Notes under the pieces: model-generated
Database searches by the model: none
The model's input: only the letters and a program-made list of their open reading frames with translations
Told to the model about the DNA's origin: nothing
Program-made: the position numbers and the translations under genes
Shown here: positions 49,201 through 62,664 of the stretch, piece after piece
Layout: every line of letters begins with the position of its first letter
How positions within the stretch are numbered: position 1 is the first letter of the stretch
Assembly: GCA_964035545.1 (NCBI GenBank)
Contig: OZ037766.1
Coordinates: 8,794,722 to 8,858,721, forward strand
Direction of reading: 5' to 3'
Length of the DNA: 64,000 nucleotides
Origin: Bugula neritina
Taxonomy: Eukaryota; Animalia; Bryozoa

Positions 49201-50144
49201 ACCCTAAAAATAAAAGAAATTTAGCTATTCTATAACAAAATATATATACAAGTGTGAGTGTAACTCACTGTACTTATACTTGAATAAAATGTAAAAAAGC
49301 AGTTTTCAAAATGTACATTATGACTAAGGCAAAATTACTGACCAATGTGAATAAAGACCTTTGACGGCTTGCTCATTGTCCTTCCAAGTGTCACAGCAAC
49401 AGTATTTACATTTTTTCCCACCACAAAACATCGAACATGTTGCTTCATGAGGAAAAGATTGTCTTAGAGTCTCAGACAATTTATTGTATGCACCTGATGG
49501 GTTCTGCATAGCAATGGCATCAGAATATTTAATAAACAAACACAGGAATATAATTATAATAAAAAAATTGCAAGGAGAAACTAAACTGAACTGCATGATG
49601 TTATTTTATAAAACATGGTGGTATGCAAATCAATTTTATCAAGTAGGGACTTATATTGTTGATGTAAGCAAGAAGGAAAATTTCAGAACCTGATGTAAGA
49701 TTGTTTTTGAAGCTTTTACAGCAATCATTTAAATAATATATTGACTGAAAAAATCTTATAGTTTCTAGAACTTCTGAGAACTGCTAAAGACAAACAAAAT
49801 TATTTTTTCTTTGAACTACAGTTACAGATATGAAAACTGCGTTTACTATGACTAAAAATAAACTTGGCATAAAAAAGGTACCTCAACATTTGTACAGTCA
49901 AGCAACAAAGTTACTGAGTGTAAATGTTTTATTAAATTATAATACAGATGCTAACAACCTGGCATATCAAGTAATTTAGTTCAAATTAAGGATTGTATAT
50001 TGTAACACCAACATTTCCATAATAGAATAATTCAATATAATTAACCTCATTCACATCGGTTTTGTTTTTATCTATGTGAGTACCCCATTCCAATGATTCG
50101 GTGGTACATTCTTTTTCTGCTTCTTCATCATTGGCAGCTAACAT
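43216..50144 (-). CDS. PTPDC1: Protein tyrosine phosphatase domain-containing protein 1
   Basis: Exons approx. 50144-50046, 49505-49342 (TCSMFCGGKKCKY...GLYSHW), 49203-49123 (ILAMSRP), 48039-47902 (INLQLPGEHYSCG...FFYNFGW), 47723-47632 (AIHCHAGK), 46894-46717 (GRTGVLIGCFL...RRPGSVQT), 46525-46429, 45825-45578, ~45290-45071 (LLWNWLNQLK), 44520-44437, ~44250-44036, 43264-43216 (stop taa). Confidence 0.93.
44734..44927. repeat. 21-bp minisatellite (ctgagtgaatagggtgtcaga) x about 9, in a PTPDC1 intron
   Basis: Head-to-tail identical units with one g>a variant; the flanking coding exons (LNQLK | DPVLR) splice around it. Confidence 0.97.
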
Positions 50145-50259
50145 TTCTTAACAACTAGCACAGGTTTAGAAGTTGAACTAAAATAAAGAGAATAGTTAAA
50201 ACAGTAATAACCATAGTGTTACTAGCATGTCTTAAGTTTGTGCAACTGTAGATGTAAGT

Positions 50260-52070
50260 CACTAAGTAATACTAATTACTAACACATACTCACATCATAT
50301 GATCAACTTTGATTATGAGATAACAAAGATTTCACTGCATCTGATTGTTTTTGCCTTAATATTTCTCCCTTACTGCACCTGCCTCCCCACACCAACACAG
50401 CCCAAACATCAGCACACCACAGATATCACTATCAGTACAGCACAAATATCAGTGAGTGTAAGTGAGAGTATGAGTACCAATACAGGTATAAACTTACACG
50501 AATCAGTAGGAGTATAAATATGACTTTGAGTCTAATTAGTATTAGTATAATAATTTCAATTCAATTTATTATCATTATAAACATAATCATTATGACTATT
50601 ACTATTACTAGTATAAGTGACTATTAGTAAATGTATTAGTATTAGTATTACTATTAGTATTAGTATTAGTTTTACTCATTTAATTTTATAAGCTACGATT
50701 CATTGATTGCATAATCAAGAGGCTGGTTAAGCTACGTCATTAAACTTTTAAATTAACAGGAATAATATAATGATTATTCTAATTATAATCACAGTAGTCG
50801 TAGAACTAGACGTAGTGGTAGTACTAGTTGTTTATATTATACAAAAGGTTAATACTAATAGCTTACACTGACATAATAATAATATTGATCCCGATCATGA
50901 TGTACGCTAGGTTCGTTGCCAATATAACTATTCAGCGATTCAAGTATTTTCAGCTACCAATGACATCCGTCTGACAGTGGTAGTTCGATAGTCTTCAGTT
51001 TTCAGTCCGAGTCTTAATTTGATGCCGGAGAAAACTTAAAACATTTATCAGTAATTTGTAATTGGTTGATAACGATTGTAGGTTGCAGCAGCTTGAATGT
51101 TTTTAATAAGATTTGTGATTTTGTGCATATCCTGCTATAATAATTATTTGTCGTATAGAATCAGATATCGGGACATATTTTAATTTTTAAATTTATTTAA
51201 TATTCAGTTTGAGTTTGAGTTTCAGATTGAGATTGATTTTCATATTCAGATATTGATATTGCATTTTAATATTATTCGAATACTATATTCAACTTCATCA
51301 TATTAATAACTGGTATTCATATTTCTGTTGAATATTCATAATAAATTTGGGAGCAGCCGTAGTCTAGGGGTTAGACTCATAGTCATAGTCAAACTCAATG
51401 TCATACTCATAGTGATAGAGCGTTTGCCTAATAAGTCATGGGTTTGAACCCCGACAAAGGCCATTGGTGATGTTAGAAAGAGCATCTAGTCATAATTGCT
51501 CCTGTGCCTCATCTAAATAAGTCCTTAGCCCACTTTAACAAAAACCCTTTCCATCAGGACCTCAGGGGTTTCTCACAGGGATAGCGACTCTAAACTTGTG
51601 TGAGTTTTTTTTATTCATAGTAATTTTGATATTCATATTGATATTCATTATTCATATTGATATTGAATAATGAATTTGAGTTTTATATTCAAGTATTCAT
51701 ATTGATATTGATATTCATATATGAAAATGAATTTGATGTTGAATTTAATATTAATATTGATATTGATACTGATAATGAATATCATTATGATATTCAATTT
51801 TATATTTATATTCATATTGATATTCAGTTACTGTTGGACTTGGTGTTAGTGATGATTACTTAATGATGATCTTATAGTTACGGTTATACTTATACACTAG
51901 TACAGGTGTAGTTATGCAGCTTACACTAATTCTAATAGTAATACTTATAGTAAATAAGTAATACCAATAGTAATAGTAAAACTAAATGTAATAGTAAAAC
52001 ATATATGAGTAAATTTGATACGTAAAAGACCATAAGTGTAAGGCATAACTGATACTGATAATTATAGTTA
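50260..52070. promoter_or_regulatory. Putative bidirectional promoter region of PTPDC1(-)/CNOT6-like(+), with hexamer-periodic tracts
   Basis: Head-to-head genes. CpG-richer core at ~50890-51030. TNA-every-6-bp tracts at 50420-50680, 51200-51345, 51374-51417 and 51620-52070. Confidence 0.55.
51349..51597 (+). mobile_element. tRNA-derived SINE copy 3, near full length, with a 44-bp hexamer-type insertion in the A-box region
   Basis: gggagcagccgtagtctaggggtta[44 bp]gagcgtttgcc...gggtttgaaccccgacaaaggccattggtgatgttagaaagagcatctagtcataattgctc... Confidence 0.8.
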
Positions 52071-55000
52071 TTTAGAAATAGTTATCGTAATAGACGATAC
52101 CCGTAACCATTATGTTTGCCTATTACTCATTAAGCCTAGCATTAGAATTATTCACCCTACTACTATTAGTATTACTATTCGGCATTTCAGTTACATTTTG
52201 ATTTAAAAATTTAATTTTACTACCGCTATTAAGCTTTGGAGCTAAGCTTAGAATTAACAAAAGTTAGAACTGACCATCACTTTTAGTCTTACTGATTCAG
52301 GCAGCATCCGAAAAAATTTTATTGGACAATTCATCTTGAAAACGTATTTAGTATAAAATTGATTATATCTATTGCATTGGCGTGAGAAATAGAGAGCAAA
52401 AGGGAGTAGGGTAGAAAAAACTGGGAATAGCTGTACACAAAGCTTTCAAATTCTGTGCAAAGAAAGTATAATACTCACTAAAGAAAAGTATTTAAAATTT
52501 TTGACTGCGCAAACGAAAATCCTTTCAAGCTAGTGATAGTTCTCTAAAACAGAAATGCACTGCAAAAGTAATGATAATATGCAAAGATTATTAGTATTTT
52601 TATTAAAATCAATTTCTAGTGAACTACATGTAAAAAGGCTTCTTCAGGGTAAAAACCGATAATCAATATGTGATCGATATAGCTATAAAATTTTGCTTCA
52701 AAACAGATAATGGTGGCTTGGTTAAGGGCGGGTTTCTATAAGCCATCAGTGTTTTTAATTGATGTTCACTTCCTGACACTATTTGAAGGTCACACTGGTC
52801 ACCTTTTACACAAGGCATACATCACTAGTATTCAACTCTGCTTAGCAAAGAAGCTGAGGTAAATTTTTGGACCAAACAAAATAAGGTGCAAAAAACCAAA
52901 ACCTTTTAATTGAGATACATGCGCCTCAGTAACTTTGCTTTTCTTGCACCAAAGTATAGCCAACATATGTGTGAAGGTGTAACGAGTCAAGTGAAATACA
53001 TATAAATGAAAGTGTTAAGCCACTAACATATGCTACTATGTGTAGACTCATAGTGCAATGTGTGAATATGATTTATGGCTCTCAAAGTAAAAGCAGTGTA
53101 CACAATAGGAAGCTAGTGCAACATACTGTCATATTGGTCATAGCCAACCTTAAAAGTTTTGCCAACAAAAAATCTGTTGCAAACCAATCTTTAGAAGACT
53201 GTAGAAAAATACCATCTATATTTGATTACTAGGATTCTTAAAAAATGCAAGCCGTCCATCACTATTTCAAACCTATGAAATTATTGTTTAAGATAAAAAG
53301 CTAGTAATAACCACTAGGGCAGTCACCAGAGAAAAACTCACCTAAATATCAACAGAGAAGAACCTATACAAAATAATTTTTGCTTTGAATTATGCATGGG
53401 GTATGAGACCAACTCTTATTTCTGAGCGGCAATATTGTGGAAACCTGCAACCCTCGGTCTAATAATGAAACACTTATAAATTACACAGTAAATGCTAAGG
53501 GAAGCCCTATACCACTAAGATAAAAATCCCTGTTTTCATTTGTAAGTTTAAAAATTTGTATTTCCCACTTTAGTTGAAATTGAAAGGTCTATTACTTAAA
53601 GTACCAAGAGTAAGAATAAATAGTGTTTAGGTTTACCATTTGTATTCAAGGAATTATTTCTATCCAGTTTAAGTTTCTCACTAACACTTTCCTTTTGCCT
53701 GACATTTGCACTGCGGTTGTCATTGATTGTACTTGTACTGCAAGCAGTACAAGTGCATAATTAGCTAGATAATAATTATTATGATGGTATTATCCATAGA
53801 CAAGTTGTAGTGTGAGTAATACCAGCACCAATAGTTATAGTTATATGACAATGTCAATAACTAATTTTAAACTCTCATATGACTGTGCTGATCAGAACAA
53901 TTAGTAATTGTGCCAGTTGTCAACTCTGTCATGATTTCTTGTTAGTTTCAAGCGAAACACTAGAACATTAACTTTGGTAAGCCAATGCATTTCTCATTTA
54001 CTAACTTTTTTAATCAAACTTACCACTTAAACTCTGGCGTTCATTAACTTTGTGCCTGGGGCAGTTCATAAGAATTTTTAGCAATAAAAGTGGTTGATAA
54101 GGGAACTAAAAAGGTTAGAAGCTCGTGGAAATAATGTCACTTTAACGTTGAGGATGAATTTTAATTTTAATAATAAAACAATGGATTTTTTGCAATCATA
54201 AAAAGGCTAAATATGCAATGAACCATATTAAAATACAGGGAATTGATACAGCAACATGCCTTGATGCATGGTAAAAATTTTGTACTTTCAAAGCAGGCCA
54301 GCTACTTGAAACAGTTGAAAGATTTTTTATATCACAATAAAACAAGTAATATGTTTTTATGTAAAACAAATCTTTGCTAAATTTTAAATATGGTATTGCT
54401 TTGTCAATTATATAAGTTTTGAGCCAATGTAATTTTCTTTAATTTATATCAATCAAATTGAGCATAAGAGGTCATTGCTAAGAAAATTCCCAAAATTCTT
54501 TCAAGCTATTAAAAAATATTTATATTCAAAGAAAAAAAAGTTATGGATTATTGGAATACTATGCTACATTCTTCTCCAGAAGCAATTTTAGTAAATTCAT
54601 TTAAAATCCAATTGAAAGTCTACCTAGTGCCAGTGAGTAAAGGGCTATAATACAAACCATTGCCTTTTTTCCCCATTAACTCACTCCTCTACAATAGAAG
54701 AGTGGGGCTTAGGTAAACTGAGTGCAGCAGCACTAACTTAATCATTATCGTGCCACTGACTAGAAGCATACAATAAAAGTCTAACTAAAACTTGACTCTT
54801 GATTCAAATTAAACTATTTTAGCAGGACTTTTTATAACTGCCAATAAGAATCTAATAACAGTTTCAGAATTTTTCTAATACGTTTGTAAATGACTTTTTT
54901 TCAAAATGGTAGTTTTAGTTTGTCATTTAGCACTTTTTCCTTCCAATTTATGATTTATGAAACTAATGATATATATTCATTTGTTTGAAGCCCTACTACC

Positions 55001-55292
55001 CATCATTGTTTTCTATCACTAGAAATTTTAGGCTTACTAATTTTATCCAACAGTGCATTTGGTAGATTATAGAAATATAATATGCTTTGTTGACAAGTAT
55101 GTCTTAAAAAGACTTCATTAAAGTAACATGCTTTTGCTCCTTCATATTCACCTTAATTTTCTAGAAATATAAAAGTATGCTAGGTTACAGAAGACTTGCG
55201 ACAATTTTCAAGTATTTTTCAATTTTTTTTAATTGAGCATAGTAAATTTGTAATTGGTTTTAGACGTCTGGATACATACTGGATTAATAGTA

Positions 55293-58200
55293 ATGGGTAG
55301 AACTAAGTATGAGCCGCCAGTGCCCGGTAGGACATTCACAATTATGTCCAATGAAGATAGAGAAAAGGGCAAAAAGAGTTGCTGGCCAGAGTTGTCTATT
55401 GGGGGATCAGGAGGTTTGTGTAACAGCATTTATCATCTGATATACAATATATAGCTATAATTGGTTCAGTACATCTGTAGTTTATTCATTTTGTTCTTTT
55501 ATTTCTACCATCAGTGCATGTCAAGAAAATAGCTCCAGAAATATTCTCTTACAAACAACTAACTGCCATTCATTTCCAAGACAATAAAATAGAGAGAATT
55601 CCACCTGAAATAGTTCAGTTGCCTCTTCTGCAGTACCTTAACTTTGACAACAACAGGTGAGTGTGAATATATTTTTTGTATTCATGAATCAATATTTGAA
55701 AAAGTGGAGCTATTTTTGTCTATTTAAATCAAATAGATGAGCAAAAAATCTTGTAATAAATTTGCAGACAATAAGTTGTAGTTGTCCTCTCTTATTTGTT
55801 TTGAAATTGAAGAATGAGTTAAGTGTATCATACTTAGGAAATTATTGTTTGTTTTAGGATTAGTGTGATTCCAGAGGAGATATGTGATATGGTAGAGCTT
55901 CGATTTCTCAGCTTCAAAAACAACAAGCTGAGTGCAATTCCTCACGACATTGGGAGACTCTTTCAACTCACTACTTTCAGTAAGGGTCTCAATTGGTGCT
56001 TATACAGGTTTTAATTCATTCACCAACTTTACTCACAGTTCTTAATTCCGCCCCCCCCCACCCCAAAGAGTTTTGCAAGAGATAAAAATTCTACTAGCAC
56101 GCGTAATAAATAATTTTAGTTTGAAAAACTGCACCTTTTAGCAAATTTTAAACAAAAATTATAAATATTTTCTTGTAAAGGTAATCAAATCTGGCGTGGC
56201 AATTTCTAGAAAATTTTTGCAGAAAAATTTCAGGACTTGATTCAAGTGAAACGCTGGATATTTAAAAATAATTCATTAACAATTTTGCTCCAGGCTGTTT
56301 GCAGTGTTGACTATTAATGCACAGCTCTATGAAACTGTATGAGGAAACTTGCAACCATTTTTACAATTTTTGGCATTACTAACACTCTGTAATTTGCATA
56401 ATAATGTATGCAGAAATCTGATTGGTTTTGTAGCTTCAGTTGGGATCTTTTAACTGACCTAATATTAGCTTCCTTCCTTTTCAACTAAGCTCTCTCTGTC
56501 CACTGCTAGTGTTGTTATTTCCTCTTCCTTTTTAAACTCTCATCTTTTCTGGCTTTCTCAGTTCAATCAAATAATCACAGCGCCATCATAAAAATCTTTA
56601 AATTTTGAAAATGTTTATAAATTGTAGTTTTCATTTTTTTTTAAACGTAGAACTGCTATAAAACAATCTATTTCCAATGCATCTTCTTATCTGAAGTTGT
56701 TTGCATTTGCTTTATATACAAAACTTTCCAAGTTGAAAGATGACACCATCTATAACAGCTACAGTGTTTGAGGCACCTGGAAGTTGAATGTCATTTAACA
56801 GAACAATGGTAATAGCCTTCTATAATGGTCATGCATTATGACATAATTGTGTGCGTCAAACCCTCAAAAATTGATTGACACTTCATTTAACTTGGCTTTC
56901 TATATCAGGAGTCAAATGTGAATCATATTTATCTACTCATTACTAGCCACTGCTTCACTTTTATTGGAAGCTACCGGAATCATCAGTATATCAAGATATA
57001 CACATATTAAGATATAATTATGCATACACAGTGTGGGTCTACCCTTGTCATACACCTAATGTATGTTTGGATTTTAAGACATGTTCCTACAATAAGTTTG
57101 TTCAACTAATGTGCTTCTGATCTCTCACATGCAAGAGAGCAACAACTTCAACTTGTGTGGTGCCAGCATATTTTTAAGTTATAGTAAGTTATATAAAGCA
57201 AACGTTAGTCTGCGGGTGCTAGTAGCATATGTAAACATACAAGTTTTACGTTTCTTGAATAACTATATTGCTTGAGGTGTACATCTAAATAAATCATTTG
57301 TGAAGGCTTTGGATAGGAAGGTTTATTTTGAGATTGAAAGATAAAAATGACAAAAAAGCTGATTTCTTAAAAAATTTACTGGTGTTAACACCAAAGCAGC
57401 TTTTCTTGGGAAGGGAAAAACTCGGTTTATTTTATTGCTGAGAAATCAGGCTATTTATGTAAAAGATTGCCTGGAGTTTGCCGTGCCAAAAAGACACTCT
57501 AACTCTGGCACAGAAGATAGTTTAATCCTATCTCCTGTTTATGGAGGAAGCGTATTACCACAAATCTAACTAATCTGTTTAAATTTTATATTCGCCAAGA
57601 CAGTTCGAAATATAATTTAATTACTTGTGCAATTGTTGTGCACATTTAGCATTGAGATGAATGATTCCAGCCATAGGTACTAATGATTCAGTGCATACAG
57701 TTGGTGTCTAGCACCGGGTTATGCTTTAGTTTTGGGATGAATAGTCTGAATCGGTGGTGATTTCAGCCGTCTTGGAGGCTGGGCTGGTGAAAAGCTATGA
57801 CTATCAGGCTGAAGGGGCTAATTAATATTAATAATAATGGATAATGAGCCACAAGTTAGAGGATTAGTGATGGAACTGCTTTTTTGAATTATTTGGCTAA
57901 ATTTGATGTTTGCCCTACTAGTGAGGTTGCATCCTTAAATCTTCCTAATAGCCTGCTACCCGTTTATCTTATATCAAGTAAATTGCTGGGAAGCTTGTTC
58001 TTGTTTCTTGACTTGAATTGCACTACTCCAGTTTATGAGTCTTTCCAAATACTCTTCATGATATTAACTGTCTTTCCATCTACACCAAATTCCCATCTGC
58101 TGCTGTAGTACCTATGTTTGAATATAATGTAAGTCTTGTTATTATGCTGAATCACACTGATGTTGATGATTTTCTTTAAACCACTTTGTAAATTAATTTT

Positions 58201-59024
58201 TCTTTGCAGTTCTACTTAAAAACTCATGAATTTACTGTAGTATACTAAATTTCGAAATTTTCTGCATAATCACTATCGTATTTATCATGATGATATAAGC
58301 TTTAATAGTCTTACTGACAAAGTTGCGCAATATTTGTGTTTTCCACTCTACTTCTTAAAACATTAAATTATACCTTGCCAAATTTATGTGGTTTTAGAGC
58401 TTTTAGGACTTCCGATGTGATAGAGGCCTACCCATCTGATGTTTACCCAACCAATAAATAACCTGATTTAATTAAGAAACAGTTGCCATATTTTAGCAAA
58501 CTAATTTATTCAGAACTGGATATATATTTAAGGAGGTTTGGGGCACGTTGCCGTTAGCCTACCTCCACTGTAATAATATTTATTAGAGCTATAGCCTAGT
58601 GAATTGTATTGTATTTTATATTTACTACTTTAATGTCTATTTTCGACTAACACAGATTCCAATAAACTATAAAAATATTCTTGCTGGATAACTCCTAAAC
58701 TCTGCAAAATGCAGATCTACTTAGTATTAAGATATTGATCATTTTGTGAATAATTAAACTCTTAAATTTAATTCTAAAATATTTTAGGCAAGTCATTTAA
58801 TTGAAAAAAAAAATTGTTGTACTGAAATATTTATTTTATGTCCAGGGCCTTTGCCTTAACGTTTGCGCAATACATTGAATAACATGGAGATATGCTTTTG
58901 GTACAAATTCCATATCCATTTGTTTTAGACCTGGAGGGGAATGTGGGGCTCCCCATGGACATCATCAGTGCAACCAAGAGTGGTCTCTCAGGATTTCTGC
59001 AGTTCATGTTGGAAAGACTAAACT
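55293..59024 (+). CDS. CCR4/CNOT6-like gene, N-terminal leucine-rich-repeat exons only; nuclease exons not seen in the window
   Basis: Exons 55293-55413 (MGRTKYEPPVPGRTFTIMSNEDREKGKKSCWPELSI, compare CNOT6 MPKEKYEPPDPRRMYTIMSSEEAANGKKSHWAELEI), 55515-55656 (LTAIHFQDNKIERIPPEI), 55858-55979 (LSAIPHDIGRLFQLTT), 58929-59024 (LEGNVGLP...FLQFMLERL). Splice phases are all compatible. Confidence 0.85.
57330..57530 (-). mobile_element. Possible decayed L1/Tx1-type LINE ORF2 fragment
   Basis: Minus-strand fragments translate, in different frames, to FWHGK and LPKKSCFGV, reminiscent of the FLWxGK...LPKxxGGLG motif downstream of L1-clade RT. Heavily degraded. Confidence 0.25.
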
Positions 59025-62000
59025 GTAAGTACGCAATGGCTACAGTAGTAACAACAGCAGCCTGTTTATTTTGGTTGCCTTCATCTTTAAAGTACCAGCA
59101 ACAATATTTACTTTAACAAAAGAGCATATCAACAGAACCACAAAAGTTTATTCTATCTACCCTGATACTGATGGGTGTGTATGTTGTGTTTGAAATTTCT
59201 ACTTCTGTATAAATTTTCCTTTGCTCTTCAGGGTAGTAATTCCAACTGTACAACTGAAATAGTCAACTATCGCTATTTGCAAAAGCACTAAATCAATGAT
59301 ATTTATTTTATGATATGCAAGCCTGTCATAATAGAGCTCCATCTTAGATTATTTTTTATGCTTTTGTTACTATGTTCCTTTGTCTGCTGCTTTGTAAGGT
59401 TTCTTTATGCGCTCAAGCTATTGCTGTGGTAGCTGTATTTTCTAGTGTTGTAGTTGTGTGTGCTTAGAAGTTTGGATACATTTTAACTAATATAGATGCT
59501 AAAGTTCTAGGTGGTTTTCAATTTTATACCATATTATTATATCAATCATTTTAGTATTTCAATGAGGTTTTGTGGTATTGCTAAGCATAAATACTGCATA
59601 TATTAGCTCCAACGACTGGTTCCAACTTGAAACATTCACTGACTGATAATTTAATAGATAGCTATTATACTATTTACTTCTTTTGCTTCACTTGTTGACA
59701 CTGAACATATTTTGTTCTATGCATAATTGAAGTTGATAACTTTGATAACCTCTGAAGTTATCTATTCATCTGGGCGGAAGTGTTTTGGTTTTGAATAAAG
59801 ATTGTTTTATATTAAATTCACGTAGTTTGCCATCCAGTTTTCTCTATTTCCTGACTGCTTGTCCTCCTGTTTAAATAAAGTTGAACTTCGCATCACCGTA
59901 CTTAGCAGCGTAGAATGTTGTTTCTGAGTAGCGATTTGTTATGAGACTAAACATTGGTGAGGATGTAGCTGTTGATGGAGCAGATGTTACACAACCCTAC
60001 AGTGCACTACACTCAACTGCTCAACTGGTGTCATAACCTTAAGTAGAGTCAATCTCAAATGAACGGAAGGTGAACGACTCATAATTTGAACAGTATCACA
60101 TAGTGAACTTATTATTATGAAAGTTTATGTAACATGAGATGGCATAGCTTGCCATACACTATACACACTATACAAGTACTATACACTTTAGTAGTAAATT
60201 TGATATCATTCTTTTATGTTAGTAACAAGTGTCTGAAAGCTAACCAGGAAATATCAAGTTGTTCTACTCAAGCATGGGAGTGACTAAACAAATTAAAGTT
60301 ATTATATATTAACTTGAAACATTTCATGTGTAAAACACCTTTTCAATATTCTACTTATTGACTCTAGTGGTTTTTCAGTTCCTCTAATTTACTAGAATCA
60401 ATAAATGTGGTGAACCTCCAGGTTGACTCACGCTCTGGTAGATAGTGTGTGATCATCAAGCAACTGTTTTCTGTTCTCAGGAAGGACATTGTCGGTCTCT
60501 CCCATCCTTGTCATCACTGACTGTCAGGAAGGTTTGCTACTTCCGATAGCCTCAAGTTGGCAAGAGTTTTGTTAATAAGTTTTATTATTGTGAAAATGAC
60601 ATTTTGTTTTCATTGTCTGGAGAATAATGTTTTCTTTTTCTCTGGCTTTTCTGCATTAATTTCACTTTATTGTATTCAGCAGCCCGTGTAACTTTTAGAC
60701 TTCAATTTTTGTAATCACTTGTTATGTCACTAGACTGTACCTTTATCAGCACCGCCCCTACTGAATCACCCTGATTAGATATTATGGGTTTGTGTTTAGA
60801 AGTTGATATTTGGTCAGAAATTATCAAATACTAAGAATGCTGCATTTCTTTGCTTAAGAAAAAGTAGGATACTGACTTGGTAATGATTAAGTGGCAGGCT
60901 TGTTGGGAGTCTAACCACTGCAGCAGTTTAGCAGTTGACGTAACAATAAGTGGCAGGCTAGTGCCCCTCTGTGTAATTAGTGCTGCTAAATTACTAAGAA
61001 CCTGTCATAATTACTGTAATCAGTTGCTCACAGATGACACCTCACTGACCAGAGGTGTCATCTTGGCTGAGTACAAAGTCATTTCATCCATATTCCCTTT
61101 GTCCTTGCAGCTGGTAACTTCTGCATTCAGTACTGCAACAATGACATTACGTAATACTCAGAAATTATTTCACCAACCTGTATACTCCACTTTCCCTTCT
61201 TACTGCAATTTTTATTCCAAATACTTCTAGTTTTTACAGTTAAACAAGATTTTTAGCAAATCCAATGAAAAAAGTTTATTTTAAAAGCTGAATTAAGTCA
61301 TGACTTCCTTTTGCATTAGAAAGTCATAGTTCTATTTCGGTAAATTTATGCTGTTTTGGTGCCTTTCGTCCTCTAGGATACCCCTAGCTAGCAAGTTACA
61401 TTACTAGAGCATTGAGCTATGCCTTGACCTGTAGGCAGTAGTATCAGCTGATAGCTGTTTGTAGGCTATTAATTATAATAATTGCAGCTTGTAATATGTT
61501 CATCACCTTAGTATCTACCATGCTGATATCCTAATAATGTTTATTATATTTTCACTGATATATTCCTTGTATTCATGATATTAATTACAGTCATTATGTA
61601 TATATTATACATTAACTATACCAAAGCTTAACTTGCCTTTGATTTTTTTTTATAAAATCCTATAATTAATTCAATCTGGTGTATTCACGGAGCTCTCCCC
61701 TTGTCACCTGCATTATAATAATTGTATAATTATAGGAATATTATAATCAGGGTGTGACAAAGTTTTTATCAAGCTTTCAGGAAACTCTATGCTAATTTGC
61801 TAAATAAATATGTAAAGTTCACCTTGTGATGCCTCTTTCAACAGAATAAGGAACTCCTGAGGTTATACTTTCTCTGAGACTTCCACAAACATTATAGTGT
61901 TGACCTACTTAGCTAAGGTGCTGTCTAGCTTTGTCAGCCAAACTAAACATACTATGGTCAGAGGTGCTCATTAGCATTAGTTCAACTTTTGTCTTTCAGT

Positions 62001-62664
62001 GTATACTGGTGGTAGTATAGTTTATGTTATTTTGGTGATTCTCATAGAAGGCAAGTAGTAAGATCTCAAACAGTGCTTTACTGCTGCACTAAACACTTAT
62101 CCAGTGCTAATAGAACTTTCATAGTATCCTATTGTGCATTGCTGATATGCAGGGGGTGTTGAGCTTTACTTACGATGGTCAGCTAGGTAACTGCAAAATC
62201 ACGCAATATTTGTTGGACCAGCGACTGTATTGACCAATTAGTAGTTCTAAAGCGATGGTGTTAGCTAATATGACTAGTATGTATATCTGTTGATTATAAT
62301 TTTCTCATTTTTCATCCGTGACGTTTTATTTTTAGTCTTTTGGTTGTTCAACACTCGTTGTGGGTTTGTTTTAGAGTGGTTTTCATCTAATAGCTATATA
62401 TCATATACGCAGCCATTTTGAATATAGTCTCTATTATCCATAGGACAGTTGAATCTAGGCTCACCACCCTGGAAATCTTGTTTAACAAATAAGTATAATA
62501 TTATCAGCCAGGCTTGCAAATTTAGTAATAATTATTAACAGAGAATGACATATTAATCAAAGAACGGCTGTTTTGTAAATTGTTACTATCCGCAATACAC
62601 AAACGATCATAATAGTATTATATGATTGACAATCATCATGCCGTCCTCCAACGTGGAACTGAAT

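Noticed and set aside
50299-50517. 72-aa ORF resembling a secreted peptide
   Set aside because: It overlaps the hexamer-periodic tract; the alternating SVSVSESMS pattern is a by-product of 6-bp periodicity.
51657-51863. 68-aa ORF with alternating I/D/E residues
   Set aside because: Translation of the hexamer tract; no ATG start or splice support.
56383-57035. Possible TIR element (cactctgtaatttgcataat ... attatgcatacacagtgtg)
   Set aside because: The inverted match is short and gapped, and no target duplication could be defined.
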